Shown here one piece after another: positions 48,801 through 59,028 of a stretch of DNA of 64,000 nucleotides (within the stretch, counting starts at the first letter, position 1; each line of letters begins with the position of its first letter). The position numbers and the translations under genes are program-made. The stretch comes from Phycisphaeraceae bacterium. GTDB lineage: Bacteria; Planctomycetota; Phycisphaerae; Phycisphaerales; Zrk34. The DNA lies in assembly GCA_040905565.1 (NCBI GenBank), contig JBBDRF010000092.1, forward strand, positions 96,001-160,000, in the 5' to 3' direction. The notes beneath the pieces were generated by a model that was not told where the DNA came from, searched no databases, and worked only from the letters and a program-made list of their open reading frames with translations.

Positions 48801-51308
48801 ATGGCACGCTTGCTCTGCATCATCGCGCTTCTGCTCTTGACGCCGCTGCTGGCCGTGGGCGATGCGCGCAAGCCGCGTTTCGAAATCGATAGCGACCGGC
48901 CGCCGGCCGACTGGGTGCTACGGCCGGCAAAGGTAAACACGCCGGAGCAGAGCATCGCGAGCTTCGATCTGCCCCCCGGCTTCCGCGCCGAAGTCGTCGC
49001 AGCCGAGCCACTCGTCCAGGACCCCATCGCCATGGTCTTCGGGCCCGATGGGCGGCTATGGGTCATCGAGTACCCAGCCTACAACTGGGAGTACCGCGAA
49101 AAACTCGGGCTGCCCAGCCAGCCACCTCCCGGCGGAAGGGTAGTGGTCCTCGACGATACAACCGGCGACGGTCAGATGGATCATCGCACGGTCTTCCTGG
49201 ATGATCTGGACAACGCACGCGCCCTCGCCCTGGTGGCCGACGGGGTACTCGTGGGTCAGCCCCCGGACCTCTGGTTCTATCGCGATACCACAGGCGACGG
49301 CCACGCAGACCAACGCGAAAAGCTCTTCGACGATTACGGCCCGCTCACCACCGTTCACGCCCAGCCAAGCGGCCTGCTGCGGGCGATGGACAACTGGATC
49401 TACAGCACACGCTACACCGCACGCCTGCGCTGGCGGGATGGACAATGGATACGCGACGAGCCGATCGTCGCACGCGGACAGTGGGGCATCTCGCAGGACA
49501 ACCACGGACGACTTTTCTACAACACCCAAACCGACCCGCTACGCGGCGACGTCCTGCCGCCGGTCTACTGGCGACGCAATCCCAACTGGCAAAATCCGGC
49601 CGGCCTCAATGTGCGCTTCGCGCACGACCTGCGCGACATCCAACCACATGAAGCCACGCCCGGCGTGAACCAACGCTGGGACGGATTCCTCGACCCCCAG
49701 GGCAGGCTCGCCCACTTCACGTCGTCCGGCTCGCCCATGATCTACCGCGGTGACCATTTCTCCCCCGATTTGGTGGGTGACGCATTCGTCTGCGTGCCAG
49801 CCGGCAACCTCATCCGCCACTATCAACTGGCGCCCAATGAAGACGGCTCAGTGACAGCTGCCAACGCCTATGAGGGCCATGAATATCTCTTCTCCCACGA
49901 CGAGCGGGTGCGCCCGGTGCAGGTCAGCACGGGGCCCGACGGCGCTTTGTACGTCGTCGATATGCATCGCGGCATTATCGAGGGCCACACCTGGATTACC
50001 GACATCACACGGGACTACATCATCAAGCGGCAACTGCATGAGCCGTTCAACGGGCTCGGCAGAATCTACCGCATTGTTCAGGATGATCGCCCCCGGGAGG
50101 AACCGCCGGATCTTGCCGACCTTGCACCGAGCGACTGGGTCAACGCACTCGCGCACACCAACGGCTGGCGCCGCGACACAGCCCAACGACTGCTCGTCGA
50201 GCACGATGCAGATGAGCGCGTCACCCAGGCCATTCGCGAACTCGCAGCAAACCAGGAGGTGCAGCCTCACATACGCCTCCACGCACTGTGGACACTCGAA
50301 GGCCTCGACGCACTCGCACGTGACGACGTGATACAAGGCCTCGCCGACCCCGCCCCCGAAGTACGGGCGGCGGCCCTGCGGCTGGCCGAACGCTGGCTCG
50401 ATGAGCCGGCAATCCTCTCCGCAGTTGTGGCCCTGCACGACGACGCGCACCTCCAGGTCCGGCGCCAACTGCTACTCACCCTCGGTGAAACCCGGGACGC
50501 GAAAGCCGAGGCGGCCATGCGGCGGCTGCTGCTGGAGCACGGCAGCGACCATCTCATGGCGGAGGCGGCCGTCACCGGCCTCCACGGTCGAGAGTTGAAC
50601 TTCCTCGCCGCCATCATCGACGATCCCGCATCCGTCGGGCCGCCGCCCGGCCTTGAGCACCTGGTGGCGTTGCTCGCTACGGCCGTCACCAACGAAGGCG
50701 ACCCAACCCGCCTCGGCAACCTCGCAGCACTCGTCGGAAGGGCGGAAGGGTGGTGGCGATCCCCGATTCTGGCGGGCATCGCCGAGGGGCGCACGGCGAA
50801 CCTTACCGAGTCCGATGAAGCCCTTCGCATGCTCTTGAACTTGCCGGATGATCAAATGCGCGAGCAGGCGACAGCACTGATCGCCACGATCGAGACGGAG
50901 CCGATCGCGACGGGGGTCGATCCTGAAAAGCTGGAAGAGTCCGTCCGTCTGCTATACGACCGTGGCCGAACGGGCTACCTCATCTGTGCCGCCTGCCATC
51001 AGACCGATGGTGGCGGCTTCGAAGGCGTCGCGCCGCCGTTGGTCGGTTCGCCATGGCTCGAGCGCGATGCAGGCGGCATGATCCGCATCGTCCTCCACGG
51101 CTACTCCGATCGCGATGCCTTCCCGCCCATGTCGCCGCTGATCGGCCTAGATGATGACCAGATCGCGGCGATCTTGACTTATTTGAGGCTCACCCTGGCG
51201 GAGAACCCAACGCCCGTGCAACCGGAGCAGGTAAGGCACGTGCGTGAGCAGCCACGCAACCAACTCCTGCCCTGGGACCGTGAGACGTTGGAGGCGCTGA
51301 TCGAGTAA
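48801..51308 (+). CDS. PVC-type dehydrogenase with HEAT repeats and cytochrome c (paralog of 44276-46789)
   Basis: FDLPPGFRAEVVAAEP, AMDNW, GQWG, DERVRPV, VDMHRGII, NGWRRDTAQR, CAACHQ. Confidence 0.9.
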   Translation: MARLLCIIALLLLTPLLAVGDARKPRFEIDSDRPPADWVLRPAKVNTPEQSIASFDLPPGFRAEVVAAEPLVQDPIAMVFGPDGRLWVIEYPAYNWEYREKLGLPSQPPPGGRVVVLDDTTGDGQMDHRTVFLDDLDNARALALVADGVLVGQPPDLWFYRDTTGDGHADQREKLFDDYGPLTTVHAQPSGLLRAMDNWIYSTRYTARLRWRDGQWIRDEPIVARGQWGISQDNHGRLFYNTQTDPLRGDVLPPVYWRRNPNWQNPAGLNVRFAHDLRDIQPHEATPGVNQRWDGFLDPQGRLAHFTSSGSPMIYRGDHFSPDLVGDAFVCVPAGNLIRHYQLAPNEDGSVTAANAYEGHEYLFSHDERVRPVQVSTGPDGALYVVDMHRGIIEGHTWITDITRDYIIKRQLHEPFNGLGRIYRIVQDDRPREEPPDLADLAPSDWVNALAHTNGWRRDTAQRLLVEHDADERVTQAIRELAANQEVQPHIRLHALWTLEGLDALARDDVIQGLADPAPEVRAAALRLAERWLDEPAILSAVVALHDDAHLQVRRQLLLTLGETRDAKAEAAMRRLLLEHGSDHLMAEAAVTGLHGRELNFLAAIIDDPASVGPPPGLEHLVALLATAVTNEGDPTRLGNLAALVGRAEGWWRSPILAGIAEGRTANLTESDEALRMLLNLPDDQMREQATALIATIETEPIATGVDPEKLEESVRLLYDRGRTGYLICAACHQTDGGGFEGVAPPLVGSPWLERDAGGMIRIVLHGYSDRDAFPPMSPLIGLDDDQIAAILTYLRLTLAENPTPVQPEQVRHVREQPRNQLLPWDRETLEALIE

Positions 51309-51364
51309 TTCCCCAACGCGGGCCGGCGGCAACCAGCGCACCACGGCGGCCCGCAGCACGCCCT

Positions 51365-52684
51365 TCATCGAACGATATCCCAACCATCCCGATAGTCGCG
51401 CCGCAGCAGTGCCTCGGCCTCGTCCGCGCCAGAAATGCGCATCGACTCCGGGTCCCACGTAATTGCCTTGCCCGTGCGGTAGGCGATGTTCCCCAGGTGG
51501 TTCATTTCCGTGAGGCGGCCGCCATATCCGAAATGCGCTTTCGTCTGCGGTCCGCCCTTGCACGCCCGAATCCACTCCGCATGATGACCGGGCGAGTCCT
51601 CAATCCACGGCTCGGGCCTCTGAAAATCAGCGAACTGATCCTCCGGCAGCAGCACGTGCCGACCGTAGTCCGAAAGCAGCCGTCCCTTCTCGCCGACGAA
51701 CACTACACCGCTGTTCCAGCCTTCGGGCAGGGCAGGCCCTTTGTACTTCGGCGGATGATCGCTTCCCTGCGTCCAGTAAAGATCTACAGCCGGCAGATCG
51801 CCTCGCTCATCGAACCCATACCGCGCCGTGAAGCTCGCCGGCGCCGTCTCGGCATGCACCGGCGGCCCCTCCGCTTCAATGCGTTTCGGAGCGTCAAGCT
51901 TCAACGCCCAGAACGGCAAATCATTCCAGTGACTGCCCAGGTCGGTGCCCGTCCCGCCCGCAAAATCCCAGAACTTGTACCACCCCGGCCGGCCCATGTA
52001 CGAACCATGATACGGCCGCTCAGGTGCGCCCCCAATCCACAGATTCCAATCCAGCCCATCCGGCACGGCTTCGCTACCAGCCGGCCTGTCTCCGCCGCCC
52101 CACGCCCGGTCAACCCATACGTGCGCCTCACGCACCGGACCAATCGCGCCACTCTGGATAAGCTCAACCACGCGCCGATAGTTCGAGCCGGCTTGAATCT
52201 GAATCCCCATTTGCGTCGCGAGATTCGGCTTCGCCGCCGCCGCCTCGCGCACCTTTCTCGCTTCCCATATCGAATGCGTCAACGGCTTCTCACAGTACAC
52301 GTGCAGGTCCAGATCAAGCGCCATGAGCGTCGGCAGCGCGTGACTATGGTCCGGCACAGAAATCACCACCGCATCAAGATCCCGCTTCGCCTGCAGCATC
52401 TCGCGATAGTCGCTGTACTGCCGGGCGTCGGGATGCCGCTCGCCCCCCGCAGCAAGCACGCCGCGATTGAGATCGCACAAAGCGACAATGTTATTGCCAC
52501 CCTGGACGTTCCCGAGGTTGCTGGCCCCGCGCCCGCCCGTGCCGATGATGCCGATGTTCAGCTTCTCATTGGCCGACGCCGCCCGCACCAGTCCCGGCAC
52601 CGCGCCCACCGCAAGCGCGGATGACAAGATAAAAGTGCGCCGCCCCATCCGTCCGCCCTGTCGAATCATCCGCTGGCTGCTCAT
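51365..52684 (-). CDS. Tat-exported Gfo/Idh/MocA oxidoreductase
   Basis: GRRTFI, IGTGGRG, PDHSH, HVYCEKPL, DLGSH; CAGGAG RBS. Confidence 0.92.
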   Translation of the reverse strand: MSSQRMIRQGGRMGRRTFILSSALAVGAVPGLVRAASANEKLNIGIIGTGGRGASNLGNVQGGNNIVALCDLNRGVLAAGGERHPDARQYSDYREMLQAKRDLDAVVISVPDHSHALPTLMALDLDLHVYCEKPLTHSIWEARKVREAAAAKPNLATQMGIQIQAGSNYRRVVELIQSGAIGPVREAHVWVDRAWGGGDRPAGSEAVPDGLDWNLWIGGAPERPYHGSYMGRPGWYKFWDFAGGTGTDLGSHWNDLPFWALKLDAPKRIEAEGPPVHAETAPASFTARYGFDERGDLPAVDLYWTQGSDHPPKYKGPALPEGWNSGVVFVGEKGRLLSDYGRHVLLPEDQFADFQRPEPWIEDSPGHHAEWIRACKGGPQTKAHFGYGGRLTEMNHLGNIAYRTGKAITWDPESMRISGADEAEALLRRDYRDGWDIVR

Positions 52685-53003
52685 CTGCGTGCTCCTGTTG
52701 AACGTGATGCCCGTGATTGACGCCCACCGATACTCACCAGAACGCGAATCCCCACGACCTCAGCGGCCTCAGGGTGCCCACTCAATCGCGGCATCGGCGA
52801 TCCCTGAAGAAGATGATGAGTCGTCGAAGGCTACGTTGTATACTGTCTCAGCGTCAACACCTGTTGCAGCTAGCGGCATCTGGAACAGCCCCTCCGCGCA
52901 AAGGCACCGCAAGTGCAGCAAGGCGGTTCCGCACATTTCAAGCCGCCACCGAACGACGCGGCCAACGCCGCCGACATAGTATATCGTACGCCAAAGGCAT
53001 CGG

Positions 53004-56000
53004 TTGTTAGGGGCAAAATTGCACGTAAGAAGATTCGGTCTAATCTCCGCAGCAGCAGGCGGCAGAGCAGTCCATCTGGTCGCCGCTTGCCTGGCCCTCA
53101 CCCTCGGCTTCCTCAGCACCGAAGCGCGGGGGCAGGACGCCGATCCGCCCGACACGTTTCAGGCCGTCGCCGCCATCTTCGAAGGTCGATGCATCACCTG
53201 TCACAATTCGCACGGCACCAGCCAGGGTAATCTCAGTCTCGATCGCGCAGCCGCCGCCTTCAACCCGCCCGATCGCCGCCCCGTCATCGTGCCAGGCGAA
53301 CCCGACCGCAGCACAATCATCCAAGCGGTGCTCGGCCCCGAACCAAAGATGCCCAAGCGGGGCGAGTTGCTTTCCGATGAGCAGGTTCAGGCGATGCGCG
53401 ACTGGATCGCAGCCGGCGCCCCCTGGCCCGAAGGCCTCGAACTGCACAATCGCCCCGACATCTCCACCGACTGGTGGTCCCTCAAACCGCTCAAGCCACA
53501 GCCCATCCCGCAGCCAGCCCAGCACGCCGATTGGATCCGCAACCCCATCGACGCCTTCATCCTTGAGCAACTCCTCGAACAGGGGATGCGACCATCTCCC
53601 GAGGCCGACCGCCGCACCCTCATCCGCCGGGTCTACTTCGACCTGATCGGCTTGCCACCCACACCCGAGCAGGTCGAGGCCTTCATCGCCGATGACGATC
53701 CACACGCTTACGAGAGGGTCGTGGACGAATTGCTTCGCTCCCCCCACTACGGCGAGCGTTGGGCCCGGCATTGGATGGACGTCGCCGGCTACGCCGAGAG
53801 CCACGGCCATGACGAGGACGCACCGCGCGAGAACGCCTGGCCGTACCGCGATTACCTCATCCGTGCCTTCAACGAAGAGTTTCCATACAGCCGGTTCATC
53901 GAGCAGCAGATCGCCGGCGACGTCCTCTACCCCGATGATCCACAGGCGACAGTCGCCCTCGGCTTCCTCGCTGCAGGCTCATGGGACCAGAGTTCCCAGA
54001 TGGGCATTCAGGATGGTACCCACGACAAACTCGTCGCCCAGGTCCTCGACCGCGACGGGATGATCAGCGCCGCCGTCGGCAGCCTCAACAGCGTCACTAT
54101 CGCCTGCGCCCGCTGCCACAATCACAAGTTCGACCCCGTCACCCAGGAAGATTACTACGCCCTCCAAGCCGTCTTCGCCGGCGTCGATCGCCACGACATC
54201 CCTTACGATCCCGATCCCGTCATCCACCAGCGACGGCGTGAACTTGAGCAGCGCCAGCAAAACCTCGCGACGCTCACCAACGCCGAACTTCTCCGCCAGA
54301 ATGTCCAGCAAACCGTGGCCGCCTGGGAGCACAACCAGACCGAATCTGACAATTGGCAGACACTTGAACCCACCGACATCGCTGCCACGCATGGTTCAAG
54401 TTTCCAAAAACTCGACGACCATTCCATCCTCTTCGCAGGCGATCAGGAACGCGAAATCTACACCATCAGCGCCATCTCCCCGCAGCGCGGCATCACGGCT
54501 GTTCGCCTTGAGGTGCTCACCCATCCCGACCTCCCCGAGCAAGGCCCCGGAAGGGCGCCCAACGGCAACATCACGCTTTCCGACTTTCAAATTCACGCAG
54601 CGCCGTCAGCCGACGCCCAGCCGCAGCAACTTACCATCGCCCGCGCCTTCGCCGATTTCGATCAGGACAGCTGGACCGTCAACCATGCAATCGACGGCAA
54701 CCTCGCATCCGGCTGGGGCATCTTTCCGCAGGTCGGCCAGTCGCACGACGCGATCTTCGTCCTCGATGAGCCGATCGACGACGCAGACGCCACCCACCTC
54801 ACCTTCACGCTGAATCAGAACCACGGCGGCGCGCACATCATCGGCCGGCCCAGGCTTTCCGTCACCACATCGGCCACCCCGCGCCGCACACAGGCACTGC
54901 CAGACCACATCGCAGCCATCCTCAACCTCTCCCCTGAAACCCGCAGTCCGCAGCAGCACGCCGACCTCGCCCGTTACGTCTTAACGCAACGGGTGGAAGC
55001 AGAGCTTGCAGCACTGCCTGCCCCGCAGATGGTCTACGCCGTCACCACCGATTTCCCAGACAACGGCAACTATGTTTCGGCGCAGGGGCCGCGCCCCGTC
55101 CACGTGCTACATCGCGGCGACATCGACCAGCCAGGAGAGCCCGCCCAACCCGGCGCGCTCTCCTGGCTGGAGGAACTGCCCGCAAGATTTGAACTCGACA
55201 ACCCCGACGACGAATCCGCCCGCCGCGCTGCACTGGCGCGCTGGCTTAGCGATGATCGCAACGTCATGACCTGGCGATCAGTCGTCAATCGCGTATGGCA
55301 CTACCACTTCGGCCGCGGAATCGTCGCAACGCCCGACGACTTCGGCCGCATGGGAGCCGAACCAACCCATCCGGAACTCCTGGATTTCCTCGCCCTCCGC
55401 TTCCGCGACGAAAGCCAACAGTCCTTCAAGCAGTTGAGCCGGATGATCGTCACCAGCGCCACCTATCGCCAGACTTCCACCCACCAGTCCGATTACGCCG
55501 CCCACGATGCGGAAAACCGCTACCTCTATCGCATGAACCGCCGACGCCTTTCCGCCGAACAGCTCACCGACGCGGTCCTCACCATCAGCGGCCAGCTCGA
55601 CCGCACCATGGGCGGCCCCTCGGTCAAGCAGTTCGTCCAGTCGCCCGGCGTTCACGTCACCCCCAACGTGGACTATCAGGATTTCGACCCCGACGATCCC
55701 GCCAACAACCGCCGGGCCATCTACCGCTTCCTTATGCGCACCCTCCCCGATCCGCTGATGGAATCGCTCGATTGCCCCACCGGCTCCCAGCCAACCCCGG
55801 TGCGAGGTGATTCCGTGACGCCCTTGCAGGCGCTCGCCATGATGAACAACCCGTTCATGATTCGTCAGGCCGAGCACCTCGCCGCTCGCCTCGCCGCACA
55901 ATCAACCGACAGCACCGAGCAGGTCCGCCACCTTTACCGCCTCGCCTTGAACCGTGAACCCACCGAGCTTGAACGTCGCGCCATCACGAAATACGCCGAC

Positions 56001-56066
56001 GACCACAGCCTCGCGGCTGCCTGCCGACTCGTCTTCAACACCAACGCTTTCATGTTCCTCGATTGA
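53004..56066 (+). CDS. Planctomycete cytochrome c (PSCyt1)/DUF1549/DUF1553 (PSD1) protein
   Basis: CITCH, NPIDAFI, ADRRTLIRR, YGERWARHW, CARCHNHKFDP, VNRVWHYHFGRGIV, HPELLD, QALAMMNN. Start uncertain. Confidence 0.93.
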   Translation: MLGAKLHVRRFGLISAAAGGRAVHLVAACLALTLGFLSTEARGQDADPPDTFQAVAAIFEGRCITCHNSHGTSQGNLSLDRAAAAFNPPDRRPVIVPGEPDRSTIIQAVLGPEPKMPKRGELLSDEQVQAMRDWIAAGAPWPEGLELHNRPDISTDWWSLKPLKPQPIPQPAQHADWIRNPIDAFILEQLLEQGMRPSPEADRRTLIRRVYFDLIGLPPTPEQVEAFIADDDPHAYERVVDELLRSPHYGERWARHWMDVAGYAESHGHDEDAPRENAWPYRDYLIRAFNEEFPYSRFIEQQIAGDVLYPDDPQATVALGFLAAGSWDQSSQMGIQDGTHDKLVAQVLDRDGMISAAVGSLNSVTIACARCHNHKFDPVTQEDYYALQAVFAGVDRHDIPYDPDPVIHQRRRELEQRQQNLATLTNAELLRQNVQQTVAAWEHNQTESDNWQTLEPTDIAATHGSSFQKLDDHSILFAGDQEREIYTISAISPQRGITAVRLEVLTHPDLPEQGPGRAPNGNITLSDFQIHAAPSADAQPQQLTIARAFADFDQDSWTVNHAIDGNLASGWGIFPQVGQSHDAIFVLDEPIDDADATHLTFTLNQNHGGAHIIGRPRLSVTTSATPRRTQALPDHIAAILNLSPETRSPQQHADLARYVLTQRVEAELAALPAPQMVYAVTTDFPDNGNYVSAQGPRPVHVLHRGDIDQPGEPAQPGALSWLEELPARFELDNPDDESARRAALARWLSDDRNVMTWRSVVNRVWHYHFGRGIVATPDDFGRMGAEPTHPELLDFLALRFRDESQQSFKQLSRMIVTSATYRQTSTHQSDYAAHDAENRYLYRMNRRRLSAEQLTDAVLTISGQLDRTMGGPSVKQFVQSPGVHVTPNVDYQDFDPDDPANNRRAIYRFLMRTLPDPLMESLDCPTGSQPTPVRGDSVTPLQALAMMNNPFMIRQAEHLAARLAAQSTDSTEQVRHLYRLALNREPTELERRAITKYADDHSLAAACRLVFNTNAFMFLD

Positions 56067-56083
56067 CATCAGGACGCGTAGCC

Positions 56084-57562
56084 ATGAGTCACCACGCCAC
56101 CAATCCCCCCACGCAATCGCCCGCATCACGCCGGCAGTTCCTCTTTAACGTCGGTGGCGGATTCGGTGGACTCGCCATTGCCGACCTGCTACATCGCGAA
56201 CAACTCCTCGCCAGATCCACCAGGCAACCACTCGGTGTCGGAACCGTCCACCGCAACGACGGCGGCCTCCATCGCGTCCCGAAAATCAAACGCGTCGTCC
56301 AGCTTTTCATGAACGGCGGCGCCAGCCCCATGGACCTCTTCGATTACAAGCCGCGGCTCGAGGAACTCCACGGCCAACGTTTCGATCCCGGCGGCGACCA
56401 ACGCGTCGAAGGCGTCACCGGCCAGACCGATTTCACCGTCATGAAAAGCCCCTTTAAGTTCCGACGCTACGGACACAGCGGCCGCTGGGTCAGCGAAGTC
56501 TTCCCGCACATCGCCACATGCGTCGACGACCTGGCCTTCCTCATGTCGATGGTCTCAAAATCAAACGTCCACGGACCAGCCAGCTACATGCAGAACACCG
56601 GCTTTGTCGATCCCGGTTTTCCCGCCATGGGAGCATGGGTCAGCTACGGACTCGGCTCCGTCAACGACAACCTCCCAGCCTTCGTCGTCCTGCCCGATCC
56701 CGCCGGCTTGCCCTACAACAATCGCGGAAACTTCGAGAGCGGCTTCCTCCCCGTCCGTCACCAGGGCATGCTCGTGCGCCCCCATCGGCCTCAACCCGTC
56801 GCACACCTCCAGCCCCCAGCCCACGCCGAACACATCAACCGCGAAACCGAAGACGACGGCTACAAACTCCTCCGCATGCTCAACGAGGAACACGCCGCCG
56901 ACCGCCCCGGCGACACCCGACTCGAATCACGCATCGCCAGCTACGAACTGGCCGCCCGCATGCAACTCAACGCGGCCGATGTCTTCGATATCGAAAATGA
57001 ACCCAGCCACGCCATCAGCATGTACGGCGCCGATGCGGAGCCGACGCAGAACTTCGGCCGCAACTGCCTCATCGCCCGCCGCCTCCTCGAACGCGGGGTC
57101 CGCTTCGTCCAGGTCTGGAACGGCCCCGGCGGGCCCACCAATAACTGGGATAACCACGGCAACATCCCCGCTGAACTCCCGCCTCGCGCCGCCGAAACGG
57201 ACAAACCCACCGCCGCCCTCGTCCGAGATCTTCAGCAACGCGGCCTCTGGGACGACACCCTCATCATCTGGACCACCGAATTTGGCAGGCAGCCATTCAG
57301 CCAGGGCCAGGCCGGCCGTGACCATAATCGCGGCACATTCGTCTCATGGCTCGGCGGCGGCCCCATCAAACCCGGCGTCGCCTATGGCCAAAGCGACGAA
57401 TGGGCCTGGAAGTCACTAAAGCCAACCTGGTGTTACGACCTCCACGCCACCATCCTGCACCTGATGGGCATCGACCACACCCGCCTGACATTCCGCCACA
57501 ACGGCATCGACCGCCGCCTCACCGACGTCCACGGCCACGTCATCCACGAGATTCTAGTTTGA
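56084..57562 (+). CDS. DUF1501 domain protein (Tat signal, sulfatase-like)
   Basis: SRRQFL, LFMNGGASPMDLFDYKP, GAWVSYGLGS, ARRLLERGVRFVQ, WDNH, EFGR, GRDHN, DLHATILHLMG, RLTDVHG. Confidence 0.93.
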   Translation: MSHHATNPPTQSPASRRQFLFNVGGGFGGLAIADLLHREQLLARSTRQPLGVGTVHRNDGGLHRVPKIKRVVQLFMNGGASPMDLFDYKPRLEELHGQRFDPGGDQRVEGVTGQTDFTVMKSPFKFRRYGHSGRWVSEVFPHIATCVDDLAFLMSMVSKSNVHGPASYMQNTGFVDPGFPAMGAWVSYGLGSVNDNLPAFVVLPDPAGLPYNNRGNFESGFLPVRHQGMLVRPHRPQPVAHLQPPAHAEHINRETEDDGYKLLRMLNEEHAADRPGDTRLESRIASYELAARMQLNAADVFDIENEPSHAISMYGADAEPTQNFGRNCLIARRLLERGVRFVQVWNGPGGPTNNWDNHGNIPAELPPRAAETDKPTAALVRDLQQRGLWDDTLIIWTTEFGRQPFSQGQAGRDHNRGTFVSWLGGGPIKPGVAYGQSDEWAWKSLKPTWCYDLHATILHLMGIDHTRLTFRHNGIDRRLTDVHGHVIHEILV

Positions 57563-57836
57563 AAACTGCCACCAATACGCACTGCGCCAAAGACTCGCCA
57601 GATGCCGATTCATTTGTCGGTGCTTTGGTGTACCAGATGCGCGACTTGGATGGCAAACTTTTGAACATCATGAGCGTGCCCTTCCTGCGACGAGCCATCG
57701 GCGACGCGGGCGGGGACGGACCACACCCGCCACGCCGCATCGCCAGTCGTGAAGGCGAGCGTGAAGAAGGTGGGGTTCGAACTGCAGCAGTACGCACCAT
57801 GCGTCCACGTGGCCGCCGGTGAACACGACGACCCGC

Positions 57837-57929
57837 TCAGCCGATCTTCCGGATCGCGTCCTCGGCCTTCTCCCGGTCGAGTTCGGCGTAAATTTCGGTC
57901 ACGTTCAGCGAGCGTTGGCCGAGAATGGT
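57837..57929 (-). pseudogene. C-terminal stub of a tyrosine recombinase/integrase
   Basis: Manual translation gives TILGQRSLNVTEIYAELDREKAEDAIRKIG-stop, matching box II LGH-x5-T-x2-Y. The upstream frame is unrelated and closed by a stop. Confidence 0.75.
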
Positions 57930-58188
57930 CGGATGTGCGTCGCTGGGTTGTCCCAGAGTTGGCGGCGGTGCCAGCGATGCTCACGCTGCCACCGTTTCAA
58001 ATTCGTCCCATGCCGCTTCACGAGCCGCTCCTGTCATGCTTGATCGGTTTCCCAGCGGGTGCTGCTGCCGCCCTTATTGCTGGGTACCCGCTGACGGGAC
58101 AGATGCTCGGGCGGCGGATACCTTAGCGACGGGACTGAGGAATTGATGCATAGTTAATCGCGGGGGCATGCCACTAAAGTGGTCAGCG

Positions 58189-59028
58189 TCAGTTCAACGA
58201 AGCTCCGACCAGCGTCGCCGCAACACTGAATGCCCGGCGTTTGAGCCGTTCGCCGTTGCCGAACCAGATCGTATTCAGCGGCTCCTTGTTCCGGCCGGTG
58301 TAGGATTCGCGATCGGTCCACTGGGTCACCGCGTTGTACGCTGCCCAAAGCGTGCCCCGTGCTCCCGGCAACTGGTTGCCATCACCGGTTTCAAAGAGCT
58401 CAGCGAGCCGAGCATGATGCTGGTTCACGCGTTCATACTGAGGATCGTCCTCGGCAGGGGTGGGCATTACCTGCTCAAAGTACGTCGCCAAGCGGTTGCT
58501 GGTCATGGACGCCTGGGCCATCTCCTGCATCGCAGTACCCGCGTGATCCATTGCTGTGTTCACCAGCCCAAGCAGCTGATGAGCATCCTTGACCCGATCG
58601 GCCACATCCGGATTGTGACGAATCGAGACACCGCTCATCCCACGCAGTGCGACGTTGAGCGTGTTCATGCAGACGACGCGAATTGGGGTGAGACCGATCC
58701 GCACCGCAGCCGTCCCGTCGTGAGCATTGCTCAGCAGGATGAATTTCTCAGCGATGTCGTCACCAACCACACGAATCACGCCCGGCAACTTGGCCAGCAT
58801 CCAGATGCGACGCCCACCCCGCAGTGCTCCGGCGGTGTGATAAACTGCACCACCTTCGCCAACAACCGGGTCAAGAAAACCAAACGCTTCACGGTTTTGT
58901 AGCGGCGTGTAATCTCGGCCCACCACAGCCAGCTGGCCACCATCACGGTCACCAAGCCGATCAGTTCGGCAGATCGCATGGCGATCCTTGATCTTCACGT
59001 CACGGCTGACGCCGGTGTAAATCGGCTG
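58189..59028 (-). pseudogene. 5'-truncated DUF932 (phage/plasmid-like) protein
   Basis: QPIYT...VVGRDYTPLQNREAFGFLD...YHTAGALRGGRRIWMLAKLP...NAHDG...TPIRVVCMNTL...GTLWAAYNAVT; no native N-terminus or RBS. Confidence 0.85.

Noticed and set aside
57773..57781. GGGTTCGAA, identical to the tRNA-Ser T-arm and near the integrase stub, as a possible attR
   Set aside because: Only 9 bp and it does not continue into the tRNA 3' end; a chance match is plausible in 64 kb.
57563..57836. Possible gene fragment (SFVGALVYQMRDLDGKLLNIMSVPFLRR) after DUF1501
   Set aside because: No start or RBS and no family I can recognise; would need BLASTx.
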